Assembly (NCBI GenBank): GCA_027452085.1
Contig: DAIDHG010000010.1
Coordinates: 1 to 26,101 of the forward strand
Source of the DNA: a bacterium
Lineage (GTDB): Bacteria > Babelota > Babeliae > Babelales > JABCYS01
Direction: 5' to 3'
Length of the DNA: 26,101 nt
Both the position numbers and the translations under genes were made by a program. Under the pieces are notes generated by a model. That model had not been told where the DNA came from. It made no database searches and saw only the letters and a list, made by a program, of their open reading frames with translations. Positions 16,055 to 25,270 of the stretch are shown here, piece by piece (positions within the stretch are counted from its first letter, which is position 1; each line of letters begins with the position of its first letter).

Positions 16055-17731
16055 ATGATTAATATGTTTATTGCCTTTCTGTTGGCACTTGCCGTTACAA
16101 CGCCCGTTGAAGCACGGATGCCGCATGAAAAAAAGTTGTCTACTATCAAAGAGACTACCAAAACATTGTATCCGGTTGCTAAAATAAGAACTGGTGACGT
16201 GGGTGCTCGGGCTTTTGCACACAACAAAACATCCGCGCCAGCAACAAAAACTGTGAGCCCTTGTGTCGGTCAAGATTTTTGCTGCACGGTAGCAACAGCC
16301 GCAACTAACGATGATACAGCATCACAAAACTCTGAACCGGCAGGTGATGTTGGCACCACGCAATTTGTATATTTTGGCAAGCAGCGTATTCGCTCTTTTG
16401 ATAAAGCGACCTTAGCACCTGACGGTGTTTTGGATCTCGATATGAATCGTCTCTTTAGTGCGGGTGGCTTCTCCGTTGGCTCATCAGATCCATGTGTGAT
16501 TTTTGATAATGATTCTAAACAATGGCTTCTGTGTGGTTTGAGTCTTAATGCTTTAACGATCACACTTGCGGTTGGTGATTATAATGCCGATTCTCCTGGC
16601 ACGATTACTGCAGATACGGTATGGACGTTTTATGTGATAACCGGCCCTCAGATCCTTAATCCAACGACAACCTGTGACTATCAAAAAATGGGGGTAGATA
16701 ATAACGCCGTGTATATTGGTTTGAATCTATTTGATGAGTTTGACTTTAATTTTGAGTCGAGCGCAATTGTAGTATTTAGAAAAGATGCTTCATTGCTTGC
16801 TGGAGGGCCGGCGACAATTAACATCTTCTCAAATGATACCAATCCAGGCGCGTTTATGTCAGGCTTATCACAACCATATGGCCCGACTGCGCTACAGTCG
16901 GCAAAGAATCTTGATACCGTCAATCCAACGCCTTACGGTTGGGTTGCTGGGATGGATGGTTCAAATTACTTTACAGGCAATCCGCCGTTGCCGCTGATCT
17001 ATGTATATAGAATTGATAATCCTGGCTCATTAGTGCCTACCATGACGCGCTTTGATTTGCCTATTTCGCCAGTGCTTGATCAAGGAACAACACCTCCTCT
17101 GAATCGAGTATCAGTGAAAGGTGGATTAAAGGGGACCAATTCAGGGGTTCTTGACTTAGGCAATGTTAACCATATTCGCGATAATATTCTTTGGGTTGTT
17201 ACCGCATTGCCAGTAGATCAATTTGGTGATAGCAACCCTGCAAATCCAAACATTGATCGTTTGGGGGTTCGTTGGTTTTCTATCGATGTCTCAACAGCAA
17301 TGCCATTTATTTTAGATTCTGGCACGCTCTGGGACCCGGCCGCAAACAATCCAAATTGGTATTGGTACCCTCAAATGATTTCATCGCCAATAGATGAAAA
17401 TGGTCAGTCTCACATGTTGCTCAGCGCATCTTCTGGCGGCAAGAATAGCTTCTGGAATGAAGTGATTTGGACGGGGACTACCAATGCTAATAATCGCGGT
17501 GTGCTATCAATTACTCAAACAACTCCGATTACGGTAACGCAAGGTAATACACCGTGGAACCCTACCCAAGATTTCCTTGGTAGTAACAAGGTATACCGTG
17601 ATGGAGACTACCATCAGGCTTCAGTGGATCCAGTTGATGGTTCACTTTGGACCACCGGTGAATTTGCCTACGACCCAATCAACTGGGGTGTTTCGTTGGT
17701 ACACGTTACGTTTGATCAACCGTGTAATTAA
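16055..17731 (+). CDS. Secreted beta-rich (probably beta-propeller) protein of unknown function
   Basis: SD AAAGGA favours the ATG at 16055 (MINMFIAFLLALAVTTPVEA). Motifs P.GDVG..Q, SDP.V.FD...QW, DY..MGVD..AVYI..N.F and R.GDY...SVDP.DG..W...EF resemble a widespread uncharacterised extracellular family. Confidence 0.75.
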   Translation: MINMFIAFLLALAVTTPVEARMPHEKKLSTIKETTKTLYPVAKIRTGDVGARAFAHNKTSAPATKTVSPCVGQDFCCTVATAATNDDTASQNSEPAGDVGTTQFVYFGKQRIRSFDKATLAPDGVLDLDMNRLFSAGGFSVGSSDPCVIFDNDSKQWLLCGLSLNALTITLAVGDYNADSPGTITADTVWTFYVITGPQILNPTTTCDYQKMGVDNNAVYIGLNLFDEFDFNFESSAIVVFRKDASLLAGGPATINIFSNDTNPGAFMSGLSQPYGPTALQSAKNLDTVNPTPYGWVAGMDGSNYFTGNPPLPLIYVYRIDNPGSLVPTMTRFDLPISPVLDQGTTPPLNRVSVKGGLKGTNSGVLDLGNVNHIRDNILWVVTALPVDQFGDSNPANPNIDRLGVRWFSIDVSTAMPFILDSGTLWDPAANNPNWYWYPQMISSPIDENGQSHMLLSASSGGKNSFWNEVIWTGTTNANNRGVLSITQTTPITVTQGNTPWNPTQDFLGSNKVYRDGDYHQASVDPVDGSLWTTGEFAYDPINWGVSLVHVTFDQPCN

Positions 17732-17757
17732 TTCTCTACTGCGTAGCAGAATTATAG

Positions 17758-17790
17758 AAGGGCGCTTCTTCATCAGAGGCGCTCTTTTTT
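17758..17790. terminator. Probably bidirectional terminator between convergent genes
   Basis: AAGGGCGCTTCT-TCATC-AGAGGCGCTCTT followed by TTTT. Confidence 0.8.
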
Positions 17791-19153
17791 ATTTGGATTT
17801 TCCTTTTTCATTAAAATATCTATGAAAGCAATGTGGTAGCTTGCGATAATCAGCTTTATTTAACTGTTTGCCGAAATCCAGGCCGCAATAGGTATTCCAA
17901 AATAAAACATTCTTGTTTTTCCAAACCCCTTTCTTAATATCATCGAGCATTGCGGCGAAGGCCTTGCCGGTATAGGTGTTATCGAGTTGGATCTTTTCGG
18001 TCTCTTTTAATAGAGCGACAGCGTGGCTGCCGGCCGGTGTTGGCAGTGCATATGATTGGCCAGCAAAGTTACTATTCAATTGAATATCTTGTGTAGTCCA
18101 ATTAAAAAGCGGAAATCTTTTGTCGCTTGCATGCAATAGTTGATTTGTTTGTATGATGAGCTGCAGCATCTCCTTTTTAAATGCATTAAAATCATATGGT
18201 TCCACCGGCACACCTATCACTCCGGTTTTCATGCCGGCAGCGCGCAGACCGAGCAATAAGCCAGCCATACTTCCCATGCTATTGGTCGCAATATAAATAA
18301 CATCGGGGGCGGGCATCTCTTTTTTTTGGATCTGATCTTTGAGCTCAAAGGCAGCATTTACAAATCCTACGGTGCCGAGCGGCGTGGTGACGCCCGTTGG
18401 AATCAGATAGGGAAAGTTGCCCTGCAGTTGTTTATGCTCCCACCAATTATTGATCGTGCCAACGTCGCGCCAGGGGTTGTTGGGATGGTAGTGTAGCTCG
18501 GTGCCATTGATGAGATGCATGAGCAATTTTTCACGTACAATTGGTGAATTATATTGTGGCTTGGTCATGGCGATGCATGGCATGCCTAATGAATGTGCGT
18601 AAATAGCGGTGGCCAGCACGCTGCTTGAACCAACCACGCCAAAGGTCATGATCGATTGTGCGCCGTGGGCTTTTGCTTTGGCTAGTTCAAACTCAAGTTT
18701 GCGCACTTTGTTGCCGCCATACCAGGGCAAGCCCGCTGGCCACGGCGAATTGTTTTTTTTCGAATGCGTTGCATCACAATATCCCGATAGATCATCCCGT
18801 TTGATATAAAGTGAATTGAATTCAATTTTTGTACCGAGTTTGGTTAATTTTTGCACGGGTGTTGGGAAATTGCCCAGCGAGATATACGGCAATGTTTGCT
18901 GCAAGGCAGGATATTGTTTAAAGAGTGGTGGGCGGTTTTGTATGGCTGGCAGCCGCTCAGCGTTGTAGCTTTTTGTACATGCGCCGAGCTTATTTAAATC
19001 ATGAATCAATGTGGCCGAAGGATAGACAAATGCCTGTGGTGTTGTGACGGGTAGTTTCAACGCATCAAGAATGTGTTCATCAGCAGTTAGTTTGGGTGGT
19101 GCACCTTGTATGATGCTTACCACGGCAAAAGCACATAAAAATGATTGTTTCAT
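17789..19153 (-). CDS. PLP-dependent D-cysteine desulfhydrase/ACC deaminase family protein
   Basis: FPTPVQ, YIKRDDLSG, GGNKVRKLE (PLP lysine), LGTVGFV, LDNTYTGKAF. SD AAGGA favours the start at 19153 rather than 19258. Confidence 0.88.
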   Translation of the reverse strand: MKQSFLCAFAVVSIIQGAPPKLTADEHILDALKLPVTTPQAFVYPSATLIHDLNKLGACTKSYNAERLPAIQNRPPLFKQYPALQQTLPYISLGNFPTPVQKLTKLGTKIEFNSLYIKRDDLSGYCDATHSKKNNSPWPAGLPWYGGNKVRKLEFELAKAKAHGAQSIMTFGVVGSSSVLATAIYAHSLGMPCIAMTKPQYNSPIVREKLLMHLINGTELHYHPNNPWRDVGTINNWWEHKQLQGNFPYLIPTGVTTPLGTVGFVNAAFELKDQIQKKEMPAPDVIYIATNSMGSMAGLLLGLRAAGMKTGVIGVPVEPYDFNAFKKEMLQLIIQTNQLLHASDKRFPLFNWTTQDIQLNSNFAGQSYALPTPAGSHAVALLKETEKIQLDNTYTGKAFAAMLDDIKKGVWKNKNVLFWNTYCGLDFGKQLNKADYRKLPHCFHRYFNEKGKSK

Positions 19154-19256
19154 TTCTTTTCCTTCATGATATGATGCCCTGTCTTTTGTACCTGGCTTTT
19201 GGTAACTGCTCTGATTTTTGTGTGCGACAAAAGCAGGTTGATTAAAAGGAGTATAC

Positions 19257-20747
19257 ATGGAATCGGTGATTTTTCGTGAATATGATATTCGCGGAATCGT
19301 GGGCTCACAATTGAAGATTGAGCAGGTGTATGATCTGGGGCGTGCAATTGCGGTGCTTTTTACTCAATTGGAACCGAGCACCAAAACTATCGCCGTTGGC
19401 ATGGATGGTCGCTCGCATTCAGCTGCCATCAAACAAGAGCTCGTGCGCGGTCTTATTGATAGCGGTCTGAATGTCGTCTTTATCGGCGTCTGCCCAACCC
19501 CCGTGTTATATTACGCGCAATATAGTATGCCTGTTGATGCAGGCTTAATGATTACGGCATCGCACAATCCGGCAGACTACAATGGCATTAAATTGTGTTT
19601 GAATAAAAAACCGGTATGGGGCGCTCATCTGAAAACCTTACACCAGCTTACGGTTGAACAAGCTCATGTAACAAGTGAGGCATGCGGCACAATCACTGAA
19701 ATTGATGGCACTGCTGCCTATATAGATTTTTTGGTCAACCATTTTGCACATCTGCGCGGCCGAGACGTGAAGGTGATTTTCGATTGCGCAAATGCGGTTG
19801 GTGGCCTCGTAATTCCAGAACTTATCAAGCGATTTGAATGGCGTAATGCTCAAGCGCTTTTTGCCGAACTTGATGCTACGTTTCCAAATCATGAACCAGA
19901 TCCCGTAGTTGAAGCAAACATGGTGGAATTAAGGAGAGAAGTCTTAAGCGCCTATAAACCAACAAGCGTTGCTCTTCGCGATGCTGATGGTGTATGCGGG
20001 CTGCGCCCCTGGGGTATAGGGTTTGATGGCGATTGTGATCGCATGTCTGCAATGACGGCGCAGGGTAATCTAGTTCCCGGTGATCAGTTAACAGCCATTT
20101 TTAGCAAAGAGATTCTCGCACAGCATCCGGGAGCTACCGTTGTATACGATGTGAGAAGTTCTTCATTGTTAGAGGCAATGATCACCGTCTATGGGGGCAA
20201 GCCCCACATGTCTGCCTGTGGCCACGCAATTATCAAGGAAGTTCTCCATAAACAAAAGGCACTGTTGGCTGGAGAGTTGAGCTGCCACTTCTGCTTTGCC
20301 GATCGGTATTATGGCTATGATGATGGCATTTATGCCGCACTTCGCCTTATTGAGCTTTTGCTCAATGCTCAGGTAGATCTCGATGCTCTTGTTTCTACGC
20401 TGCCGCGCATGTGGAACACCCCCGAGATTCGAATTGCCTGCGCCGAGGAGCATAAGCGTGCGATGGTTGATGAAGTGAAAAAATATTTTAGTAAGCGCTC
20501 TGACGCCGTATTGCATACTATTGATGGTGTGCGCGTGCAACTCGCAAATGGCTGGGGCTTGGTGCGCGCTTCGAATACGCAAGCGGTGCTCTCATTGCGA
20601 TTTGAGGCGAAATCTGCCGACGCGCTGCAGGAAATACGCGAAGAATTTGCTACATTATTGCTCCCGTATCTCGATGCAGATGCCTTAAAACAGATAGGAT
20701 TACCCATGCTACCACGACGTGCTTACATGAATGGATATCAACTGTGA
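19257..20747 (+). CDS. Phosphomannomutase/phosphoglucomutase (AlgC-like)
   Basis: IFREYDIRG, ITASHNP (phosphoserine loop), FDGDCDR (metal loop), GELSCH, DGVRV, RASNTQ. Confidence 0.96.
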   Translation: MESVIFREYDIRGIVGSQLKIEQVYDLGRAIAVLFTQLEPSTKTIAVGMDGRSHSAAIKQELVRGLIDSGLNVVFIGVCPTPVLYYAQYSMPVDAGLMITASHNPADYNGIKLCLNKKPVWGAHLKTLHQLTVEQAHVTSEACGTITEIDGTAAYIDFLVNHFAHLRGRDVKVIFDCANAVGGLVIPELIKRFEWRNAQALFAELDATFPNHEPDPVVEANMVELRREVLSAYKPTSVALRDADGVCGLRPWGIGFDGDCDRMSAMTAQGNLVPGDQLTAIFSKEILAQHPGATVVYDVRSSSLLEAMITVYGGKPHMSACGHAIIKEVLHKQKALLAGELSCHFCFADRYYGYDDGIYAALRLIELLLNAQVDLDALVSTLPRMWNTPEIRIACAEEHKRAMVDEVKKYFSKRSDAVLHTIDGVRVQLANGWGLVRASNTQAVLSLRFEAKSADALQEIREEFATLLLPYLDADALKQIGLPMLPRRAYMNGYQL

Positions 20748-21571
20748 TGTCGCCAAGAAAAATTGGGCTCCATCTTCGATTAATTAAGGATATATTTGCC
20801 GTTGCTGAAAAAGCTCTACGCCTTGAGCAACGCATATTCCAATGCTTTTTGATGGGACAAGATTCTGGCCAACTGATCTCGCTTAAGGCTGCAGATGCTG
20901 AGCGATTTCGCCAGATAATGAGTAACTTCCATCAGGTGTATGCCCACGTTTCCTATTATGCAAATGTATGTGAGCCGCACGGAATTCATCAATTAAAAAA
21001 AGAGATGATGTTGGCAAAACAGCTGGGCTTCTCGGGCGTGGTGGTGCATCCCGGATCAGGAAAATGGGCCAAGGACAAACAACAAGGCTTGGATGTGTTG
21101 GTGAAAGCGCTCAACGAACTCTTTGATGATGAATCGAATCTGCCAATTTTATTAGAAAATGCCGCCCATGCCTCCTACACGATCGGTGGTGAACTGACCG
21201 ATTTTTCTTACATAGCCCAAAACCTGCGGCGGCCCGAACGATTACAGGTGTGTATTGATACAGCGCATGCATATGTGCGGGGTTATGATATCGCCAATGA
21301 AGAAGGGCGTTTACAATTTTTTGATCTGCTTGAGAAAACGATCGGATTTGATCGTGTGGCGCTGATTCATTTAAATGATACGCGTGAAAAATTAGGCTCC
21401 TATATTGATCAGCATGAAGTGGTGGGCAAAGGTGTTATTGGTGCGTCGGCTTTGAAAGATTTTGTGCTACATCCAGCGATTAAGCAGGTGCCGGTGATTA
21501 TGGAGATGCCGCCTATGCAAGAAGACGAGGAAATGCGGATCTATAAAGAGATACTCAGTTGGCAACAATAA
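20747..21571 (+). CDS. nfo: Endonuclease IV (AP endonuclease)
   Basis: IGLH, H.SY..N, VVHPGS, LLEN, CIDTAH, IHLND, D.HE..GKG.IG, IME; TGATG overlap with the PMM stop. Confidence 0.93.
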   Translation: MSPRKIGLHLRLIKDIFAVAEKALRLEQRIFQCFLMGQDSGQLISLKAADAERFRQIMSNFHQVYAHVSYYANVCEPHGIHQLKKEMMLAKQLGFSGVVVHPGSGKWAKDKQQGLDVLVKALNELFDDESNLPILLENAAHASYTIGGELTDFSYIAQNLRRPERLQVCIDTAHAYVRGYDIANEEGRLQFFDLLEKTIGFDRVALIHLNDTREKLGSYIDQHEVVGKGVIGASALKDFVLHPAIKQVPVIMEMPPMQEDEEMRIYKEILSWQQ

Positions 21572-21608
21572 AAAGTTATTAATTCACAACCTACTAGTGG
21601 AATACACA

Positions 21609-22616
21609 ATGATAAACATTGCAATAAATGGATTCGGGCGTATTGGCAAAACATTTCTGCGCGCCGTCATGGCTGATGCGAACGCGCGAAAAAAAATACA
21701 GGTGGTTGCCATTAATCTCGGGCCTGGCCGGATTGAAGATGCTGCCCATCTATTTAAATATGATACGGTCATGGGCCGTTATAAAGGTGATGTGGTGCTG
21801 GAAGGCACTACGATGGTCATTGATGGTCACCGGATTGAACTCATCAAGCAGATGAATCCTGCTGGTTTACCCTGGAAACAACTTAACATCGATTGGGTTG
21901 TTGAATGCACGGGCCATTTCACTCATCGGGAAGGGGCAGCGAAGCACATTGCAGCCGGCGCCAAACGGGTATTAATTAGTGCCCCTGCAAAAGGTGAGGA
22001 TGTGAATATTATCCCGGGCGTAAACATGGGCGACTATACCGATGCGCATACGATCGTATCGCTTGGGAGCTGCACTACCAACGCATTAGTGCCGACCGCC
22101 TCTGTTCTTGAGAAAACGTTTGGCATAGACCACGGTTTTATGACCACCACGCATGCCTATACCAATACACAGGCACTCATCGATATTGATATTGGCGATC
22201 AGCGAAGAAATCGCGCAGCCGCACTGAATATGGTGCCAACTACCACGGGTGCTACGGGCATGGTTGGCAAAATATTTCCGCATCTACAAGGCAAAATTAA
22301 TGGCCACTCGATTCGTGTGCCAGTTGCGATAGTTTCGCTGCTGGATTTAGCAGTGATTCTAAAAAAACCGGCCACCGTTGAATCGGTGCACGCTGCTTTT
22401 GATGCAGCAGCAAGCAGCCAGCTGCAAGGTGTGCTTGCAACGACACATGAAGAATTGGTGTCGTGTGATTTTACTGGTGATGCTCATTCGGTAACTATTG
22501 ATAAAACATTAACCCAGGTGATCGGTAGCATGGTGAAGGTGTTTGGCTTCTATGATAATGAATGGGGCTATAGCAATCGCATGAAGGATTTTCTGGTGTA
22601 CGCAGCGCAAAAATAA
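21609..22616 (+). CDS. gap: Type I glyceraldehyde-3-phosphate dehydrogenase
   Basis: IAINGFGRIG, VVECTG.F, ISAP, SCTTN, HAYT..Q, RAAALN.VPTTTGA, RVPV, YDNEWGY. Confidence 0.97.
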   Translation: MINIAINGFGRIGKTFLRAVMADANARKKIQVVAINLGPGRIEDAAHLFKYDTVMGRYKGDVVLEGTTMVIDGHRIELIKQMNPAGLPWKQLNIDWVVECTGHFTHREGAAKHIAAGAKRVLISAPAKGEDVNIIPGVNMGDYTDAHTIVSLGSCTTNALVPTASVLEKTFGIDHGFMTTTHAYTNTQALIDIDIGDQRRNRAAALNMVPTTTGATGMVGKIFPHLQGKINGHSIRVPVAIVSLLDLAVILKKPATVESVHAAFDAAASSQLQGVLATTHEELVSCDFTGDAHSVTIDKTLTQVIGSMVKVFGFYDNEWGYSNRMKDFLVYAAQK

Positions 22617-22669
22617 TGACTTTTAGTGCAACTTTGGTTATCATACCGCACCAAGTTTGAAAAAAAATT

Positions 22670-22746
22670 GGCCCTATAGCTCAGTTGGTCAGAGCAATCG
22701 GCTCATAACCGAGAGGTCCCTGGTTCAAGTCCAGGTGGGGCCACCA
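22670..22746 (+). tRNA. tRNA with CAT anticodon, most likely tRNA-Ile2 (lysidine-modified)
   Basis: 77-nt cloverleaf: acceptor GGCCCTA/TGGGGCC, D arm GCTC/GAGC, anticodon loop CTCATAA, T arm CCTGG-TTCAAGT-CCAGG, encoded CCA. It has a G1-C72 pair and lacks the three G-C pairs of initiator tRNA; the acceptor stem resembles ileX-type tRNAs. Confidence 0.9.
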
Positions 22747-22835
22747 GGGCACGCCCAGGATACGCGGCAAGAATATTCTTTGCAGCGGTTCGGCGGTTTT
22801 ATAACGTTGCCCTGCAAAAAATGAGGGATCAAAAT

Positions 22836-23570
22836 ATGGAACTTACCCCTTTCAAACGTTTCATCGAACTCATCTCCTTTGACCAACAGGTCAATGCTGT
22901 ACAAAAGCAGATTAAAGCAATCGAACAAGAGCTCACTTCCTTATCTCTTCAACATGAAGCCATTGAAAAAGAGCGAGGGATTGCGCAGCGACACTATGCT
23001 GCCATGAAGCGGGAAGTGGATGCTAAAGAAAAAGAGATGACGGCGTTTGATGAAAAGGCAAAGTTGATTCAGCATAAATTGGATACGTTGTTGAGCCCCA
23101 AGGAATACGCGCCGCTGAAAAAAGAGTTAGAACACAACAGAGCAGAACAGCATGAGTTTGAAAATCTGCTGGTGCGCACCTGGCAACAATTTGAAACTGC
23201 CAACAAAGATGCCGTTGCGGCCGAGGCAATCTACCAAGAAAAAATGCGTAATCTTGAAACGCAGATGCAAGAAAAAGAGCTCACCGTTGGGCAGCTGAAA
23301 AAGCAGTATGCTGATCTGGTGGTTGAGCGTGCGCCAAAAGAAGCCGGTGTGCCAGCCGAATGGTTAACAAAATACCAAGTAATGCGTGCCCGCGTTGATA
23401 ACCCAGTGGTGCCTGTCGAGGGCGAGAGTTGTAGTGCCTGTCGCTATTACATTATAGCGAGCGATATGCAGGCGTTGCGGCGTCGCGCATTAATACAGTG
23501 TAAGCAATGTTACCGTTTATTATATTTGCCATCGGCAATGGAAGAACATGAGCAAAAAGCGAGTAACTGA
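22836..23570 (+). CDS. Coiled-coil C4 zinc-ribbon protein (COG1579/CT398-like)
   Basis: Long coiled coil, then L..Y..MR, VVPV...CSAC...IQCKQCYRLLY. Confidence 0.92.
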   Translation: MELTPFKRFIELISFDQQVNAVQKQIKAIEQELTSLSLQHEAIEKERGIAQRHYAAMKREVDAKEKEMTAFDEKAKLIQHKLDTLLSPKEYAPLKKELEHNRAEQHEFENLLVRTWQQFETANKDAVAAEAIYQEKMRNLETQMQEKELTVGQLKKQYADLVVERAPKEAGVPAEWLTKYQVMRARVDNPVVPVEGESCSACRYYIIASDMQALRRRALIQCKQCYRLLYLPSAMEEHEQKASN

Positions 23571-24084
23571 TTTCGGGCAACAGGCATTGCCTTTTTTAAA
23601 GCTTGGTGAGCGAGATGATGCACACGGCTCCCATTTTCATTTATATGTAGATGGCGGTGCTCGCAATAATCCAGGCCCTGCCGGTGCCGGCATGTATTTA
23701 ACCTGTGAGGGCAAACCCTTAGTGGCACAAGGCCATTATCTTGGTACAAAAACAAATAATCAGGCAGAGTATCTTGCGCTTATTTTAGGGCTTATGCATG
23801 CGCAAAAACATATGCAGCCGCATGATGAACTTTCAATTTTTGCCGATTCGCAACTCCTGGTGCGGCAAATAAATGGAGAGTATGTGGTGCGTAACGAAGG
23901 GCTTAAGCCGTTGCATCTGATCGCAAAAAAACTTATGCAGCCATATCAGCGTTCACGTATGACGCATATATACCGTGAGCATAATACGCAGGCAGATGCC
24001 TTAGCCAATAAAGGCATCGATAAAAAAATCGCCGTGCCGGCGACTATGAAAACGTGGTTGAAAGAGCATGGTATTATTCTTTAG
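23548..24084 (+). CDS. rnhA: Ribonuclease HI (short archaeal/actinobacterial-like type)
   Basis: YVDGGARNNPGPAG, TNNQAEY, DSQLLVRQ, HIYREHN..AD.LAN. Confidence 0.93.
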   Translation: MSKKRVTDFGQQALPFLKLGERDDAHGSHFHLYVDGGARNNPGPAGAGMYLTCEGKPLVAQGHYLGTKTNNQAEYLALILGLMHAQKHMQPHDELSIFADSQLLVRQINGEYVVRNEGLKPLHLIAKKLMQPYQRSRMTHIYREHNTQADALANKGIDKKIAVPATMKTWLKEHGIIL

Positions 24085-25270
24085 TCTGTTGCTCGTGGGC
24101 ACCATGTGCGGTGCACAACCCGCCTCATTTCAACCAATGGGCACTGCCCCCTGCCATGTGCGTGTTTTAATCGATGAAAAACCGATCGATGATCAGATCC
24201 CGTGGGAAATTACCTGCAAAACAAAATTGTGTGCGTGTGACCCGACCAACATTGATACACATATAATGTGCAAGAAAGCTCGCATTTATGTTTCTGATGG
24301 CATTCGCGTGCTTGATGAGCAGAAACAGAGCTTGCCCACACTTAAAGCCATCCGTCTGCAATCAAAAGATAATCTCTTAGGGGTAAACGGCGCCAACTAT
24401 CAAGGTGCTTTTTACGTTGTTCTCGATAAAAAACGTGCGCTCTTAATAAACAGCGTTGATATTGAAGATTATATTGCCACCGTATTGCGTACCGAAAGTT
24501 ATCCGGGTTGGCCGCTGGAAATGAATAAGGTTATGGCCATTACCTGCCGGAGTTATGTGTTGCACAATATTGTGGCTGCCGAAAAGGCAGGGCGTTGGTA
24601 TCATGTGAAGGCAACCAACCATCACCAAACCTATCGTGGGTATCATAAGCCTGAACCATCGGTGAAACAGGCAGTATTGGAAACACAAGGGATGTTTCTC
24701 ACCCATAAAGATCAGCCGATTCTTGCTATGTTTGATATTTGCTGCGGTGGTATATTGCCCACTAAACGCGTGAGCGTTGATAAGCAGGCGCATCCCTATT
24801 TGGCCAGATCTGGCTGCGCTTATTGCAAAGCGTGCCCCTACTGCCAAAAGCATAAGCTGTATGAATGGGAGGTGCAGCTTTCGTTGGCCGACATTGAGAA
24901 AGCGATAAAAAAAGAGATTCCTACTTTGAAAAAACTGATCAGCATAAAAACTGAATGTGACAAAGCCGGCGTTGTACAAAAAGTTCGATTAAAAACAGCC
25001 CATGCGCATCATGCGCTGCCCACAAAGCAATTTTCAACCGCAATCAAAAAAGCTCAGCTCGGCCAATTAAAGAGCCCTTATTTTACCGTCAAAATCGATG
25101 ATGGTGTTGCCCGTTTTGAGGGTAGGGGATTTGGCCATTGTCTTGGTCTGTGCCAGTGGGGCGCCCGCGAAATGGTTCGCCGGGGCTTTGCTTATAAAGA
25201 TATTTTTTCTTTTTATTACCCAGGCTGTGCCATGGCCCGGTTAGATAGGGCATCACATGCCGAATTATAA
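24068..25270 (+). CDS. SpoIID/LytB-domain lytic transglycosylase
   Basis: N-terminal signal/TM; YQG...LINSVDIEDY...VL..E...W..E..K..AI..RSY, Q.YRG, G.GFGH.LGLCQWGA..M...G....I..FYYPG. Confidence 0.92.
   Translation: MVLFFSLLLVGTMCGAQPASFQPMGTAPCHVRVLIDEKPIDDQIPWEITCKTKLCACDPTNIDTHIMCKKARIYVSDGIRVLDEQKQSLPTLKAIRLQSKDNLLGVNGANYQGAFYVVLDKKRALLINSVDIEDYIATVLRTESYPGWPLEMNKVMAITCRSYVLHNIVAAEKAGRWYHVKATNHHQTYRGYHKPEPSVKQAVLETQGMFLTHKDQPILAMFDICCGGILPTKRVSVDKQAHPYLARSGCAYCKACPYCQKHKLYEWEVQLSLADIEKAIKKEIPTLKKLISIKTECDKAGVVQKVRLKTAHAHHALPTKQFSTAIKKAQLGQLKSPYFTVKIDDGVARFEGRGFGHCLGLCQWGAREMVRRGFAYKDIFSFYYPGCAMARLDRASHAEL

Noticed and set aside
19154..19258. N-terminal extension of the PLP enzyme ORF to 19258
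   Set aside because: It would overlap the divergent PMM start, and a good SD supports 19153.
22670..22746. tRNA-Met or fMet, or a prophage/island attachment site
   Set aside because: It lacks initiator features and resembles Ile2. I found no duplicated 3' end and no integrase.
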